Under the pieces are notes generated by a model. It saw only the letters and a program-made list of their open reading frames with translations, ran no database searches and had not been told where the DNA came from. The position numbers and the translations under genes were made by a program. Shown one piece after another: positions 20,510 through 31,051 of a DNA stretch of 64,000 bases (position 1 is its first letter; the number at the start of each line of letters is the position of its first letter). This stretch comes from Candidatus Latescibacterota bacterium (GTDB lineage Bacteria > Latescibacterota > UBA2968). The stretch spans positions 1,312,001 to 1,376,000 of the forward strand of contig OZ240241.1 in assembly GCA_965198115.1 (NCBI GenBank), written 5' to 3'.

Positions 20510-21347
20510 ACGGGCTTGCTTTGGGCGACTCCCGCCAGGTCTCGGGAGGGAAGGAGCACCTCGGGCAGATTCTTCAGCGTGTTTTCGTGGACGCGCTCCC
20601 AGGCCGCAGGGCTGCTGTTTGAGTTGTGGGGCGCCATCAGGCAGTTCTCCAAATTCCGCAGTGGGCTGTCTTCTGGAAGGGGCTCTTCCTCGAACACGTC
20701 GAGCCCTGCACCGGCAATCGCGCCCCGGCTCAGGGCGGAAGCCAGCGCCGCGTTGTCCACGAGCGGCCCACGTGCGGTGTTTATCAGGAACGCGGTCGAC
20801 TTCATCAGATCCAACGCGGCCGCGTCGACAATGTGGTGGCTCGTGGCGTTGAGCGTGCAATTCAAAGACACGAAATCCGACCGCTCGAGCAGGTCTTCCT
20901 TCGACGTCATCACGGTCCCTGTCTCGTCGAGGAAGTCGGTGGGCGGTTCCCGCTGCGCACCTCCCTGTCCATCCGCGGAATGTTCCGTGCGAAGGAGAGG
21001 ATGTAACCCAGCACGGTATCGGAAACAGGATCGGTGAAGGCGTTCGGGGTGTTCCTTACGACAATCCCCAACCGGTCGGCGGCCTCTTGGTCGATGGAAT
21101 CGATGCCAGTGCCCCACTTCGAGATGACCTTAAGGTCTGTGGCTTTCTCCAGCACCCGGGCAGTGAACCGATCGTCCCCGCCAATCACGCCGTGAATGCC
21201 GTCGATCAGCCCGACCAGCTCGTCTTCAGACAGGCGCTCCCTGACTTCGGGCACGATCGGTTCGAGGTCGTTCTCCTCGAAAACAGACCGGAATCTGTCG
21301 AGGACAGGCTGAAAATAGGGGGCCGAAACCAGCACTTTGAAAGGCAT
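20506..21347 (-). pseudogene. Phosphoglycerate dehydrogenase-like D-2-hydroxyacid dehydrogenase with an internal deletion
   Basis: LKVISKWGTGIDSID, INTARG and LDVFEEEP motifs. The GxGxxG NAD-binding segment is absent and the frame shifts at ~20945. Confidence 0.85.
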
Positions 21348-21460
21348 CGGATGCTCTTACTCCACAGGCCAAGGGCACCGTTTCCAAAGGTAACGCTTGG
21401 AAAGGTCCCGAACAAGGGAAATGTTTCTTTTGGTAACAACCAAACCAGAGGACCGCAATT

Positions 21461-22405
21461 TCACCTCTGTAGCGCCTGTCTGAGGCGACCATCGGATCGA
21501 ACGCGGCTGCCGTAGTCAACGACGAACGCGGCAAGAAGGGCGACGAGCACGCCCACGCCGGTCCCGAGCATCAGTCGTTTCCGGAGGGACGGGCCTGCTC
21601 TTTCGGCGTCTTCCGCGCTGGCGTAGCTGAGCACCCTGAAATCCGGCCTGCCCCGCTGAGCCTCGATTCGGATGGCCTCCTGACGAGAAAGAAGGTTGTT
21701 GTACACGTTCTCCCAGGACGACACGCGGCGCTGTCGCCACTCGAGATATCTTTCCGTGTCCAAGCGGCCGCGATTCCTCGCCCGAAACGTCAGCAGAGAA
21801 TCCTCGGCTTCACGCAGCCAGCGTTCCACTTCCAAAAGGCGGCTGTCAATGTAATCGAGTTCCTCATCCGCTTTAATCTGTTTCTCTTTCTTGAAATAAT
21901 GTGTGAGTGCGTAGACGTAGGCGTTAGACATACCAGCAGCTACAAGCGAATCCTTGTCGGTCACTGCAATCGAAATAAGGCCCCCCTCCGCCTGTGTGAT
22001 CACGGTCCTATCGTTCAGAGTTTGCAGGGCCCGCCTTATTGTCTGCCCCCCCAACCACCCGAGAACCGTGATGGAATCCCCATGAGATCGCGGATTGGGC
22101 ATCAGCGTTGACAGTACGATTTGCCCGATACCGAATCCTGAGATCATGGTGGGACTTATCGGGGGCGTGGTCCTCCCGTCGAGGCGTGGTGGCTCCACCG
22201 CCAGCAGGTTGACCTCGGCTCGGAACGGCGGCGGGTCCGCGAAGTATCCACTTACCCCGCCCATTACGGTAAAGAGCACGATGACCCAAATGATCAGCCA
22301 CCTGCGCCGCACAATCACCGCGATCAAGTCGATCAAGTCGATCTCGTCGTCGTGTCGATGGCCAGGGTGCTCCTGATGCCCGGTGTCTCCTTGTTGCTCT
22401 TCCAT
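21461..22405 (-). CDS. Wzz/GNVR polysaccharide chain-length determinant family protein
   Basis: DEIDLIDLIAVIVRRRW plus N-terminal TM, coiled coil, and GPSLRK plus C-terminal TM. Confidence 0.8.
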   Translation of the reverse strand: MEEQQGDTGHQEHPGHRHDDEIDLIDLIAVIVRRRWLIIWVIVLFTVMGGVSGYFADPPPFRAEVNLLAVEPPRLDGRTTPPISPTMISGFGIGQIVLSTLMPNPRSHGDSITVLGWLGGQTIRRALQTLNDRTVITQAEGGLISIAVTDKDSLVAAGMSNAYVYALTHYFKKEKQIKADEELDYIDSRLLEVERWLREAEDSLLTFRARNRGRLDTERYLEWRQRRVSSWENVYNNLLSRQEAIRIEAQRGRPDFRVLSYASAEDAERAGPSLRKRLMLGTGVGVLVALLAAFVVDYGSRVRSDGRLRQALQR

Positions 22406-23427
22406 CAGTTCCAGTGCGCTTCCGGTTGAAATGACCTCAGTTCCTCTATCTCCCACGGAATCGATAGGCCCCGGGTGATCTTATGCTCAGCTTCAGCAGA
22501 GAGAGCGTGCGCGCGCTCGAGCAAGACGTCGCTGGTATACCTCATCTCACTCAGCCCCATCCCCCCCTCCGCAATCCCCAGATAATGATGCCCCGGCGAA
22601 AACTCCCCACTTTTTGCATCCTCAATCGCCCCAAACACCGCCACATCGATCCGCTTCAACACACTCACCAACACCTTCCCCGGCGCCAGGTCGTCCTGAT
22701 CCAAATCCGCCCCGATCGCAAACACCCTTCCTTCGGCCTCTTTGACCGCCTCGATCACACCCAATCCCGAATTCCCCGCAAGCTGCAGGACGATATCGCA
22801 TCCCTGCCCAATCAATCCCTGGGCGAGGGCCTTGCCACGCGAGGGATTATTGAAATCCCCGATCGTCGCCGACAGATACTCGACGCTCTTGTTCTCCCAT
22901 TCGTTGACTGCTTTGATGCCAGCCCGATACCCAACCTCATAGGCTCGAACCGGGGGAATATCCATTCCCAGCACACACCCCACTTTCCCAGTGTGCGTCG
23001 TCATCGCCGCGATAATGCCGGCGAGGAAGGCGCCCTCCTGCGCCTTGAAGTCGAAGCTCGCAACGTTTTTGCCTTTGACCTCACCATCGACGAAAATGAA
23101 CTTCGTGTTCGGATGGTTCGGCGCAACCTGCCCGACGGCGTCGATCATCAAAAAACCCATCGCAACGACGACATCGGACTGTTGAGCAGCCAACGTCAGG
23201 TTCGCGACATAGTCCGCTTGTTCGTTCGACTGCAGGTAGGTCGCCTCAACGCCCAGCTCCTCAACCGCCTTCTGAACACCCGTCCAGCCGGCATCATTGA
23301 AGCCCTTGTCCCCCAGGCCCGCCATGTCCAACACCATCACCACCTTGAAACGGTCAGAACGAGTCGTTTCGTCACCACTGGCGCAGCTGGAGAGCAGGAG
23401 AATAAGGAGGAATCTGATCAGCTTCAT
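22405..23427 (-). CDS. BMP-family ABC transporter substrate-binding lipoprotein
   Basis: Lipobox LLSSC, GLGDKGFNDAGW, AQEGAFLAG, AIGADLDQ and SVLKRIDVAV motifs. Confidence 0.9.
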   Translation of the reverse strand: MKLIRFLLILLLSSCASGDETTRSDRFKVVMVLDMAGLGDKGFNDAGWTGVQKAVEELGVEATYLQSNEQADYVANLTLAAQQSDVVVAMGFLMIDAVGQVAPNHPNTKFIFVDGEVKGKNVASFDFKAQEGAFLAGIIAAMTTHTGKVGCVLGMDIPPVRAYEVGYRAGIKAVNEWENKSVEYLSATIGDFNNPSRGKALAQGLIGQGCDIVLQLAGNSGLGVIEAVKEAEGRVFAIGADLDQDDLAPGKVLVSVLKRIDVAVFGAIEDAKSGEFSPGHHYLGIAEGGMGLSEMRYTSDVLLERAHALSAEAEHKITRGLSIPWEIEELRSFQPEAHWN

Positions 23428-23770
23428 GGATAGGCCCACGCGGGTGTGCTCAACGGCCAAAAGATGCGCTTGGGCTTGTTCGAAGTCAAGGAAAGACAAG
23501 CATTTGACGATCTATAAGACAGTTGCCAGTCCTCGGCAAACCGATGGACAACTCCTTGCCCTCGACGATTTCTATCAAACCCGCGGCTGAAAGAGGAGCT
23601 ACGGAAATAACGTTCGTAGCAACCTGCGACCGGGTCGGGTTCAAACCACTTGCCGACGAATCTCCTCGGAGCTACTTTTTGCCAAGTGGGCCGACGGGCG
23701 AATCAATCCCCGGTCCTGTTTTTACTTAGAGTCTTCGCATCTTCGTGGTTCAAGTTTTAAGGTCTCCACT

Positions 23771-24779
23771 ATGGGTTACATGCAGGCTTACCGTGTCGGG
23801 AATTCCCGTGGGGAATCGCCACTGGGCAAAATCTCACGTCTTCTGAGTGAAGGGATCGATTGCGACGACCTTGGCGATACTCAGCCTGAAAATGGATGTG
23901 TCTTGATTGACTTCACAGCCGGCGAGGATCTTGTCCATCAAACCCGGAACTCCGTTCCCCAACTGCCACAGGTTCTTGTTGCGAGCACACAGACCCTCGG
24001 TTTCCGTCAGCTCGATCTGGCGGACGACTTTGTATCTCCTGACATGCCAGCCGCGGAAGTGATTAGTCGTGTGGAATGCCTGACGAATGCAGCGGTTCGT
24101 ATCGTCGAAGAAGTCCCTGAAGCGAATCAAACAAGGATCCTACTGGACGGCGAAACTGGTGAGGAGGGATCGCTCAGGACTCTCGCGGAGCTGCTGACCG
24201 AAAACGAAATCGAATGGACTCAGCTCGAGGATAAGAACGATCCGGAGGGTACGGGGCTGATTTACGCGCACTACCGTCGGTCATCCTATGCCCGCTTTTT
24301 GCAAGGTGACTTCCCCGGGTACCTTCACATACAGATGACAACACGCAAAGTTTCTACAAATGCTCGAACGCCTCCGCGACCCGGATGCGCAACGAAGCGC
24401 GGGTGAAACGGCCGGTGGCGCGGATGCGATCGATGTGCTTTTCGTCGGCGATCGCAACGTCGGGAGCAACCTCAAATCGGGTATAGGAGATGACGTCAAC
24501 CTGTCGACGATGGCTTCGACTGCCGGGGGCATGGCTCAGGCAAAGAAGAACGAACTCGTCTTGATCCACCTAGGAGGAAAAGACGACGCCAAAGAGCGTC
24601 TTGCTTTTCTGCAGATGCTCATCAAGGACCCCGAGCATCCAGATCTGGCATTGTTGTTCCTCAAAGAGGCCCCGGATCAGTTGAGAGTATTCTGTGAGAA
24701 GAGCAACGTGGCCGTCATCGAATCGAAGAACGCAAGTGAGATTCGGGACGCGATCGTGAGTATGTTCGAAGAGGCTTGA
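23771..24779 (+). CDS. Hypothetical protein with degenerate receiver-like domains (frameshift near 24350)
   Basis: Two overlapping ORFs (23771..24406 and 24360..24779) with alternating beta/alpha patterns like CheY folds. Confidence 0.45.
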
Positions 24780-24959
24780 AAAGCGCCCCTGAGAACACTG
24801 AAAGGTATCCAGTAGTAGACCCTGGCTACCGGTCCTCGATAGGGAAATGGGGAAGGCCGAGACGAGGTAACGTCTCGGCCCTTTTTGTTGCACGCAGAAC
24901 CTGTCCTTCATCGTCTCTCCACTCTTCTTTCAGTGGCCTCAGTGGCTGTCTTTGGTTTT

Positions 24960-25139
24960 TCAGAACAAAGTGTAGACGAAGGGGGCGAGGGCGGTTCCCT
25001 GAGTAAACACGATCAGAACACCGAATAGCATCAGCACCAGGACCATGGGAATCATCCACCACAGTTTCCGTTCCCAGAAGAAGACCAGAAGCTCCCCTAT
25101 GATGCCGAGTCGTGCGATGACGCGTTGGACGTAGCTCAC
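24960..25139 (-). CDS. DUF5989-family small membrane protein
   Basis: FFWERKLWWMIP...ALAPFVYTLF signature, in its usual position downstream of a carbamoyltransferase. Confidence 0.85.
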   Translation of the reverse strand: MSYVQRVIARLGIIGELLVFFWERKLWWMIPMVLVLMLFGVLIVFTQGTALAPFVYTLF

Positions 25140-25233
25140 TGTGGGTTTCCTTGATACAAACGATACCGGAGTCACTCCCGAACCGTTCGTCCTTCGATAC
25201 GACGTGCTCTCGATTCAGTCGCTTGAAATAAAA

Positions 25234-26653
25234 GGCTCTATCCGGGTTTCTCAACGGTGAAACTATAGAATGACAAGGTCATAGATCGTTCCCTACGCTT
25301 GGTTGTGTGTGTAGGACAATCAAAGCGAAGGGGGTGCGACCTATGACCGGGAGCAGATTACTATCGAAACTGCTGAGATTCAAGGGGTTCCGTGTTGTCA
25401 GCTGGTGGTTTGAGGGGAGAAGCTGCTTCGTCATCGCCGTAAAGCCACATAAGAATGGTTGTTGTTGTCCGGAGTGCGGCCGTCGAGGTAAAATCGTCCG
25501 CACAATGCCCCATCCGCGTCGGTGGCGTGACATTCCGGTGTGCGGGTGGAGGGTCTGGCTTCTCTACCATCCTCGGGAGATTCGGTGTCCTACCCACGGT
25601 CGTGTGGTCGAGGAGATTCCGTGGGCGGAGCGGTTCTCTCGGGTGACGTATCGCTTCGAGTATGCCATGCTGCGCTACTGCCAGACCATGACGCAGAAGG
25701 CGGCGTCCGAGTTACTGCGCATCTCTGCCTCGACGCTGTCGGATCTCCTTCACCGATCCATCACGCGGCTTCGTGAAGGTCATCGTATCCGAGGGCTCAA
25801 AACCATCGGGATCGACGAGATCTCCTACGCCAAGCGTCACAGGTACGCCACGCTCGTTTACGATCTGGACCGCTCCTGCGTGGTGTGGGTTGGCCGCGGC
25901 AGGGCGCGTAAAACGATCGATCGGTTCTTCACAGAGGCTCTCAGTCCCTACCAGAGATCCAAGATCGAGTGGGCCTGCTGCGACATGAGCGAAGCTTACA
26001 TCGGAGCCATCCAGGAACACTGTCCGAATGCCAAGCTGGTCCTCGATCGCTTTCACATCGTCAAGGCTCTCAATGCCGCCGTTGACGAGGTCCGTAAGGA
26101 CCAGTGGCGTAAAGCTGCCCCGGATGAGCGCAAAGCCATGAAGGGCCTCCGATGGCTCCTCTACCGGCACTCAGCGACACGCTCCAGAGGGGATACTCGG
26201 ACACTCAAAGCACTGGAGAAGGCGAACTACCGAATCTATAGAGCCTGGAGACTCAAGGACGAGTTCGAGCAGTTCTGGGAATACAAAGCGCCCTGGGCTG
26301 CCGAACGCTTCCTGAAATGCTGGACGACGTCCGCACTCAGAAGTCGACTTGAACCCCTGCGAAAGTTCGTCAGGACCCTGCGACAGCACTTCTTCGGCGT
26401 CCTCGCATTCGTGAACACGCGTCTTACCAACGCCATCGCCGAAGGCCTCAACCGAATCGTCCAAATCGTCAAGAACCGAGCCAGCGGATTCCGCACACTC
26501 GACGCATTCAACGATATGATCTTCCTTACCGTCGGAGACATAAACATCCCTGAGCAGATTCCGAAGAGGTTCCGCACACGCTAACCGCGCCCCCATGCCA
26601 GGAACCACGGCACCTTCACCCACTTCAGCTCGTTGAGAGATCCGGATATAGCC
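25234..26653 (+). mobile_element. ISL3-family element copy 1 (1420 bp)
   Basis: Ends GGCTCTATCCGG / CCGGATATAGCC. 8-bp AT-rich duplication AAATAAAA at 25226-25233 and 26654-26661. Confidence 0.93.
25343..26584 (+). CDS. ISL3-family transposase
   Basis: CPECG zinc finger, IGIDE, CCDMS, LDRFHIV and TNAIAEGLN motifs. Confidence 0.93.
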   Translation: MTGSRLLSKLLRFKGFRVVSWWFEGRSCFVIAVKPHKNGCCCPECGRRGKIVRTMPHPRRWRDIPVCGWRVWLLYHPREIRCPTHGRVVEEIPWAERFSRVTYRFEYAMLRYCQTMTQKAASELLRISASTLSDLLHRSITRLREGHRIRGLKTIGIDEISYAKRHRYATLVYDLDRSCVVWVGRGRARKTIDRFFTEALSPYQRSKIEWACCDMSEAYIGAIQEHCPNAKLVLDRFHIVKALNAAVDEVRKDQWRKAAPDERKAMKGLRWLLYRHSATRSRGDTRTLKALEKANYRIYRAWRLKDEFEQFWEYKAPWAAERFLKCWTTSALRSRLEPLRKFVRTLRQHFFGVLAFVNTRLTNAIAEGLNRIVQIVKNRASGFRTLDAFNDMIFLTVGDINIPEQIPKRFRTR

Positions 26654-26774
26654 AAATAAAATACACGCTCGATGACGTCACTCAGGATGAACGGTCCGAA
26701 CGGCGCAACGGCAAAGTGTTTACTTCGACCCGATAGATGACGGGGTTTCCTTCTGTCTGCTGTCTGCTCCCTTC

Positions 26775-28544
26775 TCACTTCCTAACAATCGTATTGCCCA
26801 TCACCAAGACGTCCATCTCGCTTCGCAAGAACGTGCTGTAGGCGTTCTTAGGTGTGGTGACGATGGGTTCCCCACGCAAGTTGAATGAAGTGTTCAGCAC
26901 GACAGGCACTCCCGTAGCCTCGCCGAACCGCCTGATCAGCTCGTGGTACCGTGGGTTTGTCTCCAAGAAAACGGTTTGGACACGGGCTGTGCCATCGACG
27001 TGCGTGACGGCGGGCACATCCGACTTCTTGTCATCGTGAACGTCTGAAACGAGCAACATGAACCGCGCCGGGTCCTGGTTCCTCGCGTCGGGTAGATTGA
27101 AGTAGGACTCGGTGGCTTCGGCAAGCACCGATGGCGCGAAGGGCCGGTAGGGTTCACGAAACTTGATTTTCGTGTTGACGACGTCTTTCATTTCCTCGCG
27201 TCTTGGATCGGCGAGGATGCTGCGATTACCCAACGCCCTCGGTCCCCATTCGAATCGTCCCTGATACCAGCCAATGACCTTCCCGGTTGAGAGTGCATCG
27301 ACAGTCTGGTCGATAACCGCGCTCTCGTCCAGATCCTCGAACGCCACGTTCTCCTGCTTCAAGAATCCAGCTTCCTGCCCTTCGAAAGACTGACCCCAAA
27401 ACGCGTGGTCCATCGTCATCGAGCGCGGGTGGTTCAACAGGGTGTGGTAGGCATATAGCGCTGCCCCCAGCGCGCCTCCCGAATCGCCGGCCGCCGGCTG
27501 GATGTAGATGTGCTCGAATCCTGATTCACGAAGAATGCGACCATTGGCGACGCTGTTCAACCCCACGCCTCCGGCGATGCAAAGATTCGACTGTCCAGTC
27601 CGCTTTCTGAGCGCGCGCGCTGAGTTGAGCAGAATCTCCTCAGTTACCTTCTGGATCGAAGCAGCGATATCGGCGTAGTGCTGGTTTTCCTTACATAGGA
27701 AATCATAATTGCCTGGCTTCTCGCCGAAATAGCTCGGGAATCCAGTCGAATCGGTAAAAAAGAGTGTCTCTGGCGTTCTTGGTTCGCCAAACAGGTGCGT
27801 GAATTTAGGGCCGAAGGTTCGGTGTGTAGAGTGGTGGAAAGTAAAGTAGTCCATGTCGAGTCTGAACGATCCATCGTCGAACATCTCCACGACTTTCCAG
27901 ACTTTATCGACATACCGCGGCTCCCCGTAGGGTGCCATCCCCATCACTTTATACTCACCCTCGTTGACCTGGAACCCGAGGAATGCGGTGAACGCGCTGT
28001 AAAGCAGTCCAAGCGAGTGGGGGAAGCGAATCTCGTGTGTCAGCGTAATGTCGCATCCCTGGCCGAGTCCCGTCGTTGCCGTTGCCCACTCGCCGACGCC
28101 GTCCACCGTAAGGAGAGCTGCCTCCTCGAAAGGCGAAACGAGGAAGGCGCTAGCTGCGTGCGAGGCGTGGTGCGGCACGAATAGGATTCTGTCCCGTGGA
28201 ATCCCCAGTTCCTGCTGGATCAAGTGCCGAATCCACAACTTATCTCCCATCCACGTCAGCATCGACTCTCGGAAGACTTTCCACGAGCGAGGGTAAGTCT
28301 GCAGGCAGGAAGAGAGGATCCGCTCGAATTTCTCGAACGGCTTTTCGTAGAAAACGGCATAGTCGAGCTCACTCGCCTGAACGCCAGCCTCTTCCAGACA
28401 GAATGCGATTGCGCGCGTCGGAAAGCCGAAATCGTGCTTCACTCGACTGAAGCGCTCTTCTTCCGCGGCGGCGATGAGCTGGCCTTCGGACAGCAGCGCA
28501 GCTGCAGCATCGTGGTAATGACAGGAAATACCTAGAATTTTCAT
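26775..28544 (-). CDS. NodU/CmcH-type carbamoyltransferase (intact)
   Basis: MKILGISCHYHDAAAAL, EEERFSRVKHD, HHASHAASAF, EYKVMGMAPYG, GPRALGNRS and LNTSFNLRGEP motifs. Confidence 0.93.
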   Translation of the reverse strand: MKILGISCHYHDAAAALLSEGQLIAAAEEERFSRVKHDFGFPTRAIAFCLEEAGVQASELDYAVFYEKPFEKFERILSSCLQTYPRSWKVFRESMLTWMGDKLWIRHLIQQELGIPRDRILFVPHHASHAASAFLVSPFEEAALLTVDGVGEWATATTGLGQGCDITLTHEIRFPHSLGLLYSAFTAFLGFQVNEGEYKVMGMAPYGEPRYVDKVWKVVEMFDDGSFRLDMDYFTFHHSTHRTFGPKFTHLFGEPRTPETLFFTDSTGFPSYFGEKPGNYDFLCKENQHYADIAASIQKVTEEILLNSARALRKRTGQSNLCIAGGVGLNSVANGRILRESGFEHIYIQPAAGDSGGALGAALYAYHTLLNHPRSMTMDHAFWGQSFEGQEAGFLKQENVAFEDLDESAVIDQTVDALSTGKVIGWYQGRFEWGPRALGNRSILADPRREEMKDVVNTKIKFREPYRPFAPSVLAEATESYFNLPDARNQDPARFMLLVSDVHDDKKSDVPAVTHVDGTARVQTVFLETNPRYHELIRRFGEATGVPVVLNTSFNLRGEPIVTTPKNAYSTFLRSEMDVLVMGNTIVRK

Positions 28545-28698
28545 TGGCTATTGCGTCGGCTGGAGTTCAGAAAACCAAGTGCAGAGTAGCGACTTCCGAG
28601 TGATGAGCTTCGAGGGGGTGTGTTTAATCCGAATACCGCCCAGGGTGTAAGACCTCAGGAGAAGACTCCGTGCACCTCTGCACGCGATGAGAGATCCC

Positions 28699-30629
28699 TC
28701 ATCGCGTCGTCGCGTTACACAGTGGCTGTGCGATCGGCCTTCCATTGCGATTCGGGATGACAGCTGGTACGTCCGTGGCTGCGAAAGAGGTCTTTTCTTC
28801 GAGTCTTGGCGTCTTAGTACAACTTTGATGTTTAAGACTGTCGACAGACCGAAAACCTGCCGAGAGTTTACGGGGATTCACCCGGTAATCCAAAACCATC
28901 TCGCCCCCTGGATGTAGATGAATTCGCTCGACACAGGCGTGGATGATGGCCTTGCGCATTCGAAACTGCTTCAGCTGAAGATCTGAGTAGCTTCTATTCT
29001 TTACGAGAAAAGATGGAACCGTATCGTCGACATCGACTAGCGAGAGGATGCCATCGCCCGCAATCGTCAGCGCGTGGGCGAGACTATCCTTAAGTGCGTC
29101 GGCCCCCTCGCGCGCATCCAGCTTGACAGTTATCTGATGAATCTCTTGATCCAGGTGCACGCCTTCTGCTTGGATCCTGTCCACTTGCTTCTGATACCGG
29201 GTACCCGTCAGCGGCCCGGACACATACGCATCGTCTGCCCTCTCAAGCTGTCCGGTAAGACCGTCCCTCTTCTTTCGTAGCTTTTCGAGTCGCTGTGCCA
29301 TCGCCTCTGCGTCACCCGAATCGAACTGTGACTGCCAGATCTGCAAGATTTTCACGGGCTTCATTAACATCCGATGAACCTGTCTACAAACTCGCGTGTT
29401 CACATCGGAGATTTTTTGGCTGGGCGCGCTGCACCTCTTACCGAACTGATTGTATTTGGCGTTGCAGTAGAGGCGTCCGTCGATCAGGTTCGACCGTTGG
29501 CCATAGATCACGCGTCCCTCACCGCGGTAATCTCGGCCTTCTTCGTGACAGACTCCGCAACGGAAGAGCTTGCCCAACAGATATTCGGTCGCGTCGGTGC
29601 GGACGCCCTGAGACTTGCGTCCATCCTTTGAGGCAGACTGGGCCTTCTTCCACAGAGCGTCCTCGATGATTCTGGGTACGGTGCACGAGACCCATTCAGA
29701 CCGAGGCTTGGGTTGTCTTTTCTTGATTCCCGTGACAGGTCCGTCGTAAAGCGCTGCTTGTTGTAGTGAAAGGTGCCCCGATAGGTCTGGCAGGCCAGAA
29801 TGTCCCTGACGTGAGGCGGACGCCACACACTACCACTCGGCGAGGTCAACCCCTCCGCGTTCAGAGATAGGGCGATTGAGTGCGACGTCACGCCGGAGAT
29901 GGCCAGTTCGTAAATCCTGCGAACCAGAGCCGCACCCTCATCATCGATATCAAGGACAGAGCGTGCGCCTTGTTTACCTCTCCCGGTCCCACCCGTCAGC
30001 TTCAGGCGATAGCCCACCGGAACGCACCCCCCCGGCCAATAGGCCTGCTCAGCGGCGGCGAGCTTCCCCTGCACCATCCTTCGGTGGCGCGTGTCCGCGT
30101 CAGCTTCAACGATAGAGAGGCGGATGGACGTCTCCAGTTTATCCGGAGGAAGCCAACCATCGTTGAGGGTGTAGATCGTGGCCTCCAGCTCCAGAAGTCG
30201 CGCGATGAACTCCCCGCGTTCCCTCGACTTTTCTGGCGACCCCCCTTTTAGCCGGATCAGTCGGTCGAGGAACGTGGCCCGCAACACGGGCACGCGGCCG
30301 GATGCGTGGATTTTGACAGCCTTCTCCAAAAGCACACGCCCGGCGGGTCGCTCCCAGAGTGCGGCCTGTTCGGCGGAGACGGCAAGGTCGAGCAACACGG
30401 TATGGGTTTCATCGACGAATACCGTTCCGTCGACCCGGCCCTTTTGACGCTCTTGGTCCGGCTTGTAGGACGGCAAGTCCTCGAACCTGTGTAGGGGCCA
30501 GTTGTGCTTTTCGGCGTCTTCGCGCAGGGCCTTCAGGTGACCGGTGTGCGTCCCCCGCTCACGCTGATCCTGGGATGAGGATCGATGGTAGCTCAGCAAC
30601 ACGGCATTCTCAGGTAGTGCACCGTTCAT
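28699..30629 (-). CDS. Large serine recombinase (integrase) with a single-base frameshift at ~29740
   Basis: Catalytic YHRSSSQDQ, FLDRLIR, recombinase domain PVGYRL...VRRIYEL...IALSLNAEG, zinc ribbon LLGKLFRCGVC...YC...C, and a coiled coil. Adding one C (GAC CCT GTC) joins the two ORFs. Confidence 0.88.
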
Positions 30630-30687
30630 TTCTCCCCCTCGTATTTCGATCAATTTGCCCTTCAGGCTTCAGCTTTCACATACGTCT

Positions 30688-30909
30688 TTACACAAGTCGA
30701 TTCTCTTCGAGTTCGCGTTTCGAGTAGTTGGGGTTGGGGTCGTAGACCTTCAGATCGTCAAACCGGGTTAGAGGCCAGTCGTGCTTGGCGGCGTCCTCCC
30801 CCAAAGCTTTGAAGTGTCCCTCGTGGGTCCCCCGCTCACGTTGATCTTGCGAACTCGATCTATGATAGGTCGGCACCCTTATATTCTCAGATGTGTCTTT
30901 CTGCAACAT
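30688..30909 (-). CDS. 73-aa protein paralogous to the N-terminus of the adjacent serine recombinase
   Basis: AGGAGGTGA RBS. YHRSSSQDQRERGTH is identical to the recombinase, and GHxKALxEDAxKHxWPLxRFxDL is conserved. Confidence 0.75.
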   Translation of the reverse strand: MLQKDTSENIRVPTYHRSSSQDQRERGTHEGHFKALGEDAAKHDWPLTRFDDLKVYDPNPNYSKRELEENRLV

Positions 30910-31051
30910 TTCACCTCCTGTATCCAATGATTCAGATGCCCGGCTCTCCAGGAATCGCGTCCGATTCAGACTCCTCTCTTTGTCGGTCAGCCACACACGA
31001 ATCGCAGAATGAGGTCCCGGAGGCGTGTCACCCGGGACCTCTCATAAATAT

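Noticed and set aside
25140-26778. SxtJ-like membrane gene between the carbamoyltransferase and DUF5989, split by ISL3
   Set aside because: Expected from context, but the reconstructed sequence gave no convincing hydrophobic ORF.
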